A stretch of DNA of 56,483 nucleotides. Source: a virus (Duplodnaviria; Caudoviricetes). The notes under the pieces are model-generated. The model had not been told where the DNA came from. It saw only the letters and a list, made by a program, of their open reading frames with translations, and ran no database searches. Of the stretch, positions 33,905 to 43,600 are shown in pieces. The first letter of the stretch is position 1, and every line of letters begins with the position of its first letter. The stretch covers positions 1-56,483 of IMG/VR virus record IMGVR_UViG_3300015259_000006; one strand, written 5' to 3'. Position numbers and translations under genes: made by a program.

Positions 33905-34279
33905 GTGCCCTGTCAGACGGTAGCCGAGCAGCGAATCTATCAACGCGGTTGGGTCGCTCGACGTCGGGCGGCCTTTCTCGCCGGGAAGGTGTGCGCCGTC
34001 TGTGGGGGCACGGACCGTCTCGAAGTCGACCACGTGGACCCAGCGACGAAGGTGTCGCACAGAATGTGGTCATGGAGCGGGCCGCGGATGGCTGCGGAAC
34101 AGGCGAAGTGCCAAGTCCTCTGCCACGAGCATCACGCGGCCAAGACGGCTGCGTACTACTCCGAGCTGCGGCAACACGGCGCCTCGATGTACGGGAATCG
34201 TGGCTGCCGCTGCGAGGAATGCACCAGCGCCCATCGCGCCAAGGCCGCAGAGTATCGAGGAAGAACAGGAAGACGATGA
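33905..34279 (+). CDS. HNH endonuclease (124 aa)
   Basis: GGAGG RBS; CAVCG...LEVDHVDP...KCQVLCHEHH...HG...Y...GCRCEEC. Confidence 0.9.
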   Translation: MPCQTVAEQRIYQRGWVARRRAAFLAGKVCAVCGGTDRLEVDHVDPATKVSHRMWSWSGPRMAAEQAKCQVLCHEHHAAKTAAYYSELRQHGASMYGNRGCRCEECTSAHRAKAAEYRGRTGRR

Positions 34280-34430
34280 CGTCCCAGGCCACCAACCTTC
34301 AACGACTTACGGGCGAGTCGTCCGGGGCCACCTTCAGGCCACTTTCAACTCGTGCCCTGCTACGGCGCGCAGCCCTTTGCACTTTTGAACAGCTTTTGAG
34401 TTATTCTTGCGCGGGCGGGGCCCACCCCCT

Positions 34431-34483
34431 GGTTGGGGGCGGGGAGGCGCTGGCCGCGTAACTCCCCTCCTCGCCCCCCAACC
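34431..34483. terminator. Imperfect inverted repeat between convergent units
   Basis: GGTTGGGGGCGGGGAGG...CCTCCTCGCCCCCCAACC; no clear U-tract. Confidence 0.45.
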
Positions 34484-34564
34484 CCGCTACGTCGATGACG
34501 ACGGACCGCCAGGGAACAGCGCAGCCAAGGTCGGCATGGTCGGCTCCTGTCCCCGCGGTCGTCT

Positions 34565-35920
34565 CTACCACGTGAAGACATAGACGGCGCCGACGCCACC
34601 AGCCCCGCCGGCCCCGCCGACGCTGGGAGTGATGTTCCCGGCCCCGCCACCGCCGCCACCTCCGCCCGGAGCGCCACCAGCCCCGCCGGCCCCGCCCGTC
34701 GCGGCAGTCGTGATCGACGTGCCGCCTCCACCACCACCCGCGCCCGAGATCAGCGAGCTGCCACTGACTCCCGGAGTACCCGCCACAGGTGGCGTGCTCG
34801 TGCCAGCCGCTCCACCCGTCCCCGCGACTGCTACGTTGGAAGCTCCGCCGGCCATCGCCGCCACAAGCGCGGGTGCCGCTGTCGTTCCCGCTCCGCACCC
34901 ACCCCCACCGCCCCCGAACTGCGAGCCTCCACCGACGACGTTCGTCGGGATGCTCGTGTGCCCTCCACCGCCGCCCCCGCCGTGCTCGGCGTTGTGGGTA
35001 GTGACGACCGTGATCGGACCCTGCGCGCCAGTCCCTCCAGAGACGCCGGTGACGTTGCTCGTCCCGGGCAGGCCACCCGCGCCCACGGCTGCGCTTCCGA
35101 CCCCGCCCGCTCCGGCAGTCCCGCCGCCTCCGCCGCCGCCGCCGGCCGCAGCCGTGATGGCTCCGCCGCGCCCGCCGCCGCCGCCGCCGGCATACACCGC
35201 GCGCGCGGCCGTGCCGAACGTAGACGCCGCCCCCGTCCCGCCGTCACCACCTACGGCCCCGTAGGCGCCCGGCGCGCCGGCCGCACCTCCAGCCGCACCG
35301 ACGACGACAGGTTCCGTCGCGCCGAGGTCTTCGGCCCTGAAGATCCTTTGCGAGTACGCGCCACCGCCGCCCCCCGCGCCACCCATCTTGATAGCAGCGT
35401 TGACCCCCGACCCGCCGGCCCCTCCGCCTCCACCGCTGCCGATCGCGACTACATGCACGAACTTCGGAACGAATGTCGTCGGCTTGGTCCACGTCCCACC
35501 ACCGGCTCCGAAGCTCTGCGCGTCGGCGGGGGATGCGGGATAGCTGAGAGCTTCAACCCCTCCGGCACCGAGCCGTTGCCAGCCCCTCCCGTTGACGTAG
35601 ATGATGTGCTCGCTTGGGAGGAGTATCCCGTCCCAGAGCGTGTAGAGTGTGCCGTTGTCGTCGAAGGAGATGGTGACGGTTATGGCTGCGGTGTCGTTGT
35701 TGTGGACGCTCAGAAAGTCGCAGACTCGCTGCGTGGACGCGCCCGGACCGGGGACCGCGTTCACCGCGGTCACGCCATTGGTGAACGTGACAGTGCGGCC
35801 GGGGGTGTAGCCTGTAGTGGTGATGTCCCGCCAGGAGGCGACGCAGCGCGCCTGATTCACGGCCGGAGCTCCGGCGAGCACGATCTTGATGTTGTCGGTC
35901 GCTGCAGGTAGGACCAGCAT
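34565..35920 (-). CDS. Glycine-rich tail/fibre protein
   Basis: GTWTKP...VVAIGSGGGGGAG...GGAGGVGAVYVFTW glycine-rich domain. Confidence 0.8.
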   Translation of the reverse strand: MLVLPAATDNIKIVLAGAPAVNQARCVASWRDITTTGYTPGRTVTFTNGVTAVNAVPGPGASTQRVCDFLSVHNNDTAAITVTISFDDNGTLYTLWDGILLPSEHIIYVNGRGWQRLGAGGVEALSYPASPADAQSFGAGGGTWTKPTTFVPKFVHVVAIGSGGGGGAGGSGVNAAIKMGGAGGGGGAYSQRIFRAEDLGATEPVVVGAAGGAAGAPGAYGAVGGDGGTGAASTFGTAARAVYAGGGGGGRGGAITAAAGGGGGGGGTAGAGGVGSAAVGAGGLPGTSNVTGVSGGTGAQGPITVVTTHNAEHGGGGGGGHTSIPTNVVGGGSQFGGGGGGCGAGTTAAPALVAAMAGGASNVAVAGTGGAAGTSTPPVAGTPGVSGSSLISGAGGGGGGTSITTAATGGAGGAGGAPGGGGGGGGAGNITPSVGGAGGAGGVGAVYVFTW

Positions 35921-36655
35921 CTACGCCCCCAATCCTCGAGCGAGTACTTGGGCATGCGTGAGCCCCGATCCGCCCGACACCGCCTGCCACGTCTGGTCGT
36001 CGCGGAAGTATTTCGTGCCGTCTGGAGTGCCCGTGGCGAGCTGCGCGGCGGGCACCAGGCCCCCGGCGCCGAGGCTGGCGTACCCGTTCGCGGCGCCCTT
36101 CTCGGACTCCTTCTGGTAGCCCGCGTGTGGGTCGGCCGCAGCCTCGTGGACCACGAAGGCCGCGACGACCTCGGAGTCCCGCGCGAGGCCCGCCGGCAGG
36201 TCGCCGTCGACGTGGAAGTGGGAGAGAGGAGTGCGGGAGTCGGAGAGCCGCGCGTCGTTTCCCTGGACGACCACGCCGGCCAGGCTCTCTCCGTCCGTCG
36301 CCAGCTCGACCTTCCCCTTGACCGTGGTGGTCGCGTCCGGCACCGATCCACCCGCCGCTGGGATCCACTTGCTCGTGGCGGCGTTCCACGTCAGCGCTTC
36401 GCCGTCGCCAGGTGTCGGAGCGTTCACGTCTCCCACGTCGTCGAGCGCGGTGACCGAACCCCCTCCGGCGACTTCAACCCAGGCCGCCCCCGTCCGCTTG
36501 AAGAGCTTGTCGGAGTCCTTCGCGTAGGCGGTGTCGCCCTCGCCGACATCGACCGTCGGTAGCTCGGCCTCGAGATCACAGAGGATGTGCTGCGGGATGC
36601 GGGCAGACGGGTGGCGCGCTTCGGTGTGAGCGTACCGATAGCGCGCCACACCCAT
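35921..36655 (-). CDS. Tail-fibre-like protein
   Basis: LDDVGDV...GEALTWN, DATTTVKGKVELAT, DPHAGY, KGAANGYASL, KYFRDDQTW shaft motifs. Confidence 0.75.
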   Translation of the reverse strand: MGVARYRYAHTEARHPSARIPQHILCDLEAELPTVDVGEGDTAYAKDSDKLFKRTGAAWVEVAGGGSVTALDDVGDVNAPTPGDGEALTWNAATSKWIPAAGGSVPDATTTVKGKVELATDGESLAGVVVQGNDARLSDSRTPLSHFHVDGDLPAGLARDSEVVAAFVVHEAAADPHAGYQKESEKGAANGYASLGAGGLVPAAQLATGTPDGTKYFRDDQTWQAVSGGSGLTHAQVLARGLGA

Positions 36656-37050
36656 CAGTAGTTCCCACCCTGTGCGAAAACACCGAACGTCTCCGCGTTG
36701 TGGGTCGAGGCGGCCAGCTTGTAGCCGGCCGGAAGGATGAGCCGCTTCGAGGGAACGAACTCGATCGAGAACGCTTCGATCGTCGTCGAGGGCGTGACCG
36801 CCGCGACGAGCAGTTCCTTGTAGAGACGGTAGGCGGTGCCGTTGTGGATGAAGAGGCGGACGACTCCGGCGGTCGTCGTGCCCGCAGCCTGGACGCGGAT
36901 GAGCTCAACCTCACCCCCCTGCGCCCCGGGCGTGAAGACGTCGACGATCGTACCGGTCCCGTCTCGCAGCGTGTTCGCCGCGGAGACGACGGCGTTGCCG
37001 ACGCTGTTCTCCGGTAGCAGCATCCGGGGTGCGGAGTTGGGGGCTGGCAT
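36655..37050 (-). CDS. Small beta-sandwich tail-associated protein
   Basis: AANTLRDGTGT...TTAGVVRLFI...LILPAGYKL. Confidence 0.7.
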   Translation of the reverse strand: MPAPNSAPRMLLPENSVGNAVVSAANTLRDGTGTIVDVFTPGAQGGEVELIRVQAAGTTTAGVVRLFIHNGTAYRLYKELLVAAVTPSTTIEAFSIEFVPSKRLILPAGYKLAASTHNAETFGVFAQGGNY

Positions 37051-37060
37051 GAGCGGTCTC

Positions 37061-37618
37061 CTATCTGAAGGACTGCGCGATTATCTGGCGGAGGGCCAGC
37101 GAGTCGAATCCGGCGCGGATCTCGAGGTCTACCTGCTCCTGATCTTGCGCCGAACCGCCAGCGGATGGCTGCCAGCTCCAGCCGGCCGAGGCCGCGAGAT
37201 CGGCGGTAGGGACGTGGCCGGCCGCCCCAGCCGGGACCCGGACGGGGTTGGCGCCGTCGTGCCCGAGCAGATCCCCCTTGGCGGTGAGGATGGTGAAGCG
37301 GTGGGTGTGGCCCGAGAGCGAGACGCCGGGACCGCCACCCTGGGCGGAGACGGCCTCCACGACCCCCGGGGACCCCGTCACGTTCAGCGGGTGTCGGTGG
37401 TTGGCTGCCGTCCATCCGGCTGTCTCTTGGCCTTTGCTGGCTGCGACCCCGCCCTCGATCGCCAGGGGGAGGACGGTCGCCCCGAACCCGGCCGGCAGGC
37501 CGCCGACGATGCCCAGGACCTCGCGGTTGAAGGCCTCCTGGCGCTCCGCCACCTGCTGGAGGTTGGCGAGCTTGCTGAGCCTCGGAGGTTCGATCGGCCC
37601 CCGACGAGTCAGTGCCAT
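37061..37618 (-). CDS. Tail-associated protein
   Basis: ATG 37618 overlaps the giant gene's stop; LTAKGDLLGHDG..PVRVPAG fibre-like motif. Confidence 0.65.
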   Translation of the reverse strand: MALTRRGPIEPPRLSKLANLQQVAERQEAFNREVLGIVGGLPAGFGATVLPLAIEGGVAASKGQETAGWTAANHRHPLNVTGSPGVVEAVSAQGGGPGVSLSGHTHRFTILTAKGDLLGHDGANPVRVPAGAAGHVPTADLAASAGWSWQPSAGGSAQDQEQVDLEIRAGFDSLALRQIIAQSFR

Positions 37619-40600
37619 CGGGAGGGCCCCGCGAGCTCCCGCCGCGTCTGCTGTCGCGGCAGCTTCTTGGGTCCGCCGTGGCGGCGCCGCATCTCCCGGT
37701 TCGCCATCTCGGCCGCCACTCGATCGCGTTGCTGGATCAGCTTCCGAACCGCCTCGTCGTCCCGACCCTCGAGCGTGCGCATCGACCTGGTCAACGGCGT
37801 GAGGAGTCGGTTGCGGAACTTGCCGAAGGCCTCCTGCCACTCCCGCCGGAGCTCCTCGGGGACCTCGCTCGGAGGATAGCCGGCGATCGGTCCGCGCGGC
37901 CCGCGGTAGATCATGAGCCCGTACCGAGAGAGCAGCTTCTGCACCGGCTCAAGCAACCTCGTGGCCCCGGGGATGGGCGTCCCGCCGAGCGACGGGAACG
38001 AAGGGCTCTCGATGTCCGTGAACGGGATCCCGATCTTCTGGCGCGGCCGAAGGGGCTCCCCCGTGACGGGATTGACGGCCCCTGGAAGCGCATGAGAGAC
38101 GCCGGGGAGGTTCGCGCCTATCCCCTCGCGGATCGTCGGATCGAACAGCGTCTTGAGCGCGGAGAGCACCGCCTGCCCGGGGATCGCACGGTTGATCGTG
38201 TTCTCCAGCTCGCCGCGGAGGGCCCGCGGGTCGTTCTGCGGATTCTCGGCGGCCCGGAGGAAGGTCTTGATGAGCCCGCCCAGCAAGCCGCCCTCGCCGG
38301 CCAGGAGCCGGCCGCCCGGGATCGAGGCGTGGCGGAGCGAGGCGACCGCCTTCGAGATCGCCTCGTCCTTCTCCTGCTCGTTGCCCAGTGCGACGGCGTG
38401 CGCGCCGCGAATCACCGTGAGCAGCCACAGCGCCGTGGGGAGCGGGTCGCGGTTCGACAGGCGGATTCGGTTCCCGTCGTCGTCGACGTACTCCATGGAG
38501 TTGAAGTCCACCCGGTCGTACAGGTTGTTGATGAGGTAGAGCCCGCCGAGCCCCGTGGCCACCTTGCCGAGGTACTCGCCGACGTCCTCCGCCTTGAGCG
38601 TCCCCGCCTTCAGCCGCTGGTACATCTCGGGGTTCCACCCGAGCATCTCGCCCGCCCACCTGGTGAATTGGAAGGGCCAGCGGGCGAAGGTGTCCACGAG
38701 CAGCCGGGCGGTGGTCGAGTCCGCGACCTTCTCCTCGAGCTTCGACAGGTCGCGGTTGAAGCCGGCCTTCTTCCCGTTCGAGATCGCTCGATCGAGCGAC
38801 TCGGTCGGCGGGTCCTGCAGGAAGCGCTCGATGAACGCCTCGCGGTCGGCGCCGCTCACCTGCTCCCGGTGGGAGGCCTCGATCGCCTCACGGTAGAGCG
38901 TCCAGTGGGCCCCCAGCCGCTTGGCCGCGGTGTCCATGCCCTGCTTGAAGTAGAGTGGGAGCCCCACCGTGTAGTCGTAGGCCGTGCTCCCCAGCCCCTT
39001 CCGGTAGGTGAAGATCCCGGCGCCCGGCGCCCGGCCCATGCGCTCCCCGGCGATCGTCGTCTCCAGCCGCGCCTCCACGTCAGGGGCCATCGGCTCCACC
39101 GCGCTCTGCCGCCAGGAGGGTAGCTGCGTCTTCGTCCGGATCGTCCGGAAGAGCGCTTGCATGGACGGGAAGTAGGGCTGCCCCTTGGCCATGAGCACGA
39201 GGTCGCGCCCGATGCCCGCGCCGCCCTGCGCGGCCAGCTCCGAGGCGTTGCCCACAGCGTCGAGCGTCCACGAGGTCGTCGAGAACAGGTTGAGCCGGAA
39301 GTGATCGACGAGGTCCCGGCGGAACTGAGCCTTCTCCGGATCGCTGAGCGTGCTCCAGTTGCGAAGGCTCCGCAGGATGTTCGAGGCGATCGGGATCCGC
39401 TCCTTGACGTCCTTGATGTTCCCGGCGATGAGCCCGGCCTCGCGCAGCCGCTGGATCACCTCCTGCGGGATAGGCCGGTCGAAGCGCTTGACGGCGCGGC
39501 CCGCCGAGGTCCGGTAGACCTGCCAGTTCTTGACCGCCTGCTCCATGATCTGCCGAGAGAGCCGCATCTGGTAGGCGGAGTTGGCGTCCGCGCCGGTCGT
39601 GAAGCGCTGCTCCGCCGCCTGGAACTCCTTGACGGCCGAGACGATCTCGGCGCCCGCCTGCTCGATGTCCCGCTCGCTGAACCGGAAGCCCCGGGTCTCC
39701 TCCGGCGCCGGCTGCCCGGCCCGGCGGAACGCCGGCCGCTCGCCCTTGGCGATCGTGCCCCGCTCCTCGATCCGCTGGGCGCCCTCCTGCGCGATCTCGA
39801 ACTTGCGGTTCGTCGCCTCGAAGGTGTCGGCCACCCGCTTCGCACGGTTCGACGCGGTGACGGCGTCCTCCGCCAGGACCACGGAGGGCCGGCGGGTGTC
39901 CGGCGCCGCGGGAGCCCCTCGAGTGGGCACGGGGGGCGGACGGGGCCCGCCCGGGGGCGGGGAGATGAGCCCGAGGCCGGCGCGGGGCGGCCGCCCATCC
40001 CCGCCGGCCGCCGGGCGGGCCGGCAGGCCGGGCGCCGGCGTGCCGGCCTCCGCGCGCGCCTTCGGGTAGACCGCACGGAGATGGCGCCCCAGCCCGGGCA
40101 GGCCGACGTCCGCCATCATCGCCTTGGCCCAGCCGCCGAAGTCGCGCATCCCGCGCTGGATCAGGCTCGCGCCGTAGATGGTGGCGTCCCGCAGGGTCTC
40201 CGCCCCCATGCCGGCCGCGGCGCCCATCGAGAGCGGGTCGTCCGTCTCGCCCCGCTTCTTCAGTCGATCGAGGGCCGCCTGCCCAGCATCAGTCGCCGCC
40301 GCCGGCTTCTTCTCGGGCGCCATCGGCGGGTAGGCGTCCATCAGGTTCCGCAGGATGCGGACGCCCTCCGCCTGCTCGGTGGGCACGAAGAATCGGGTGC
40401 GGTACTCGATCTGCTCCTCGATGAGTCCCATCGACCGAAGATGCTGGAACCGACTGGACTTGACCCCAGACACTTCGACGCGACGTTCGCCGTGGACCTT
40501 GGTGCGCCTGAGAACGAGATTCTCGGAGAGGGCGACAGCCTCGCCCTGGTGGAAGACCGCGGTGAACACCTGCTCGGGCGTCTCGAACGTGCGCCCAACC

Positions 40601-43600
40601 CCGAGTGATTGCAGGACGCGCCCCACTTCGTTCTTGGGGATCTCGACGCCAACGATGCGTTGCCCGTTGTCCGCCTGGGCGCGGATGATCCGGAGCCCTT
40701 GCTCGTCGCCCTTGAGCCGCTGCCAGATCGGCAGGATGGAGCCGGCGATGATGTGGTGCTCCCGTTTCTCCGTCTTGGGAAGCTTGGCAACCGCCGCTTC
40801 CCACTCGTCGCGTATGGCCTTGGCGGACGCCCCGATCGGCTCGGGATGAGAGCCCAGCCTTTCGCGGACCTCCTCCTTGCGATCGGTGACGATCTCGTAC
40901 TTCTCGTTGAACTCGCTTTCAGGAATGCTCTCGAAGTCGCCGCGGTTGTTCCAGAGGCCCTGGACCCTTCGCACCGCGCCCGTCTGGGCGTCGGTCGTAT
41001 CCCGGGTTTTGCCAACCATGACGAGCCGCTTGCTCGTCTTCTGGCGGGCGATCCCGGTGCCGCCTCCAATCCCCTCTCTCCACGTCATCCGAGGCGTGGC
41101 CTCCTCGGCATCGAGGATCAGGTGTTTGGTTTCGGCGCCTGTCGTGGCGTCCGTGTGGATCAGGGTGGGATCTCCACGGACGTTGAGCGTGACCGCCTTC
41201 AGGTCCACCACGCCGTCATCGAAGGTCCCCTCTTCTTTGGCCTGCCGGATCGTGTCGTCGAACTTGCGGGTGAACTCTCCGAAGATCGCGTTCTGGCGCT
41301 GGAGGTCGAGCGAGAGGATGCGATTCAGGAATCGCGTTACGTCGCGGCGGGCGGCGTCTGGGACGCGGACGCTGCGGCCCTGCTCCTCCTTGGAGAGCCC
41401 CATGTCCACGATGGCCTGGCGCGTGTCTTCGACTCCGACAATCTCGCTTCCCCGCTCCATGTCCCAATAGAGCTTCTCCAGCGCGGCTTCGCCCTCGACG
41501 GTCTCGAAGTTGTACTTGGCGAGCTCTCCGCCGCCGCTCGCATCCCGCTGGCCTCGAGTAAGAGCCCCGAGGCTGGCCAGTCGGCGAGCGATAGTTGAGG
41601 AGAACCGCTTTTCCCCTCCGATGTCCGTCGAGACAAGGACGAAGACGGGGGTCTGGGCCTGATCGCTCCGATGGGCTCGTCCCATCGTCTGGAGCTCGGC
41701 GTCCGCCGACCAGTCCAGCTCGGCGGCAATCTGCCGGCGGCGTTGCTGGTTCTTCTCCTGATTCGAGGAGTGCAGCGAGATCCCCGTCGAGGCGGCTCGC
41801 GAGATGATGGCGATGCGCTTCTTGCCCCCCTGGAACTGACGCATCTCGTGGACGTTGACCTTGTTGCGCGACACCTCGTCGGATGCCCTGCTCTCGTAGG
41901 TCACCTTTCCGGTCTTCTTGTTTCGCACGAGGCGGCGCGCACGGCCGGTCAGCTCGGCGACGTTCTTCTCCCCGAAGTGGCTGATGAACTGGTCGAGCGG
42001 GTTGTCGGGCAGATTCAGGTCGGACAAGCCGTCCATAATCTGCTTCTTGAGAGCCAGGGCCTCCCTGCTCTGGACTGGCTTTCCGTCCCGCACCATCGCC
42101 ACCTTGACCGTCTTCGTCGGGTCTGTTGGGTCGCGAACTTCCTCGTACATCTGCGTGGGGAAAGCCTTATCGAGCATGGAGGCGAGAGTCTGGCGGGGCG
42201 TGAAGTCCAGCTCTTCTAGGCCAAGGCCCTCTCCGGTAGCCTTCGAGACAAGCTCGGAGGTTTTGCCTTCCCCGGTCCCCTTGAGCGTAACGATGACGCT
42301 CTCTCCCGCCGCAAGGGCCTCCTCCGTCTCTTTGATGATCGTCGGCATCTTGATCGCCGTCGTCACCTGTCGGAAGAAGCGCTGGTGAGCACCCCAGAAT
42401 GCCTGCATGGCGCTGGTGCGGGCCCGGGCATTGGCATTCGTGATGCCGATTGCATTTTCGATGTTCTGGAGGACGACCTGCCACGCCCGCGCCGAAGCGT
42501 CGTACATCTGCCGTTGGTCGGTCGTCGTCTCGTGGATCCGCTCCGCGTACTCGACGCCCTTGAAGGAGAGCGAACGGGCGGCATACATCCCGAGGGCCTT
42601 GAGGTCCCTGGAGACCATCTCCTTCGCCCCGACCCCGCCGCTCTCGATCTCGTTCAGGAACTCGTTGAAGCCGCCCGGGAAAGGATAGCGAGCGGCCAAA
42701 GCGCCGTGCGCCTCCACCTGGGCGGACATCTGCGGAGTCGGCCCGCCGAGCCCGCCGGCCCTGGGTGGCTCGGGGGCCCAGAGCCCCAGGCGGGTCATGT
42801 ACGCCATGTTGCGAACGTCGGTCGCCCCGGTGGCCGAGACGTAGAGTACGCGAGCGCCCGGGAGGTCGGTCTGAAGCTGGATGACCGCCTGTCCTGTCTG
42901 GCTGGGCTGGGCGCGGCCCACGCTCAAAGCGTTCTTGGCCTTGTGGGCTTCGTCGAAGACGATGACTCCGTCCTTGCCCAGCCACCGCTTGATCTGCTCG
43001 AGTCGGGTGTTCCCTCCGGCAGGTAGATGTCCGGGGTGTCCTGGCGGCGCGCCGGCGACCTTCTTCCCGGTGGAGATCAGGGAGTTGTAGGTGGTGAACA
43101 GGATGCCGGCGTCGTGCTTGATGTCTCCGGAGGCAGGGAAGGCGTTGATCGAGACGATGGGGATCTTGTCCTTCCCGGCCACGCCCTCCATGTCGCGCTT
43201 CGCGTCCTCGATGAGGTCGCGCGAAACGGAGACCCACAGGGACCGCTTGCGCCCCTGGTGCCAGTTGTCGAGGATGACGCCGGCGATCTCGCGGCCCTTC
43301 CCGACCCCCGTGCCGTCTCCAATGAAGTGACCGCCACGGGCCCCGTCGGGAAGCGTCTGCTCGTGCCTCTGTTTCGCGTAGAGCACCTGTTCGTACTGGA
43401 TGTCCGAGAGTCGCCCCTCCTTGAGCACAGCCTCGGGCAGCGAGGTCCGCACGCGAATCTCCGGCGGATCGACGGCCGCCATGGAGGCCGCCTCTACGAT
43501 GTCGGCCGGATGCTTCGCCAGTCCCTTGGTGTCGAGCTTCGCCGGGGCATACTGGACGAACGTCCCGCCGCTCTCTTCCTCTCGTGCGATCGGCCCCTCG

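Noticed and set aside
34276-34461. 61-aa ORF coupled to the HNH gene
   Set aside because: Atypical codons, and it crosses the repeat/AT-rich patch and hairpin; not enough support to call.
34565-37618. Diversity-generating retroelement or invertible fibre cassette
   Set aside because: No reverse transcriptase, invertase or TR/VR repeat pair seen; the GGC repeats are glycine codons.
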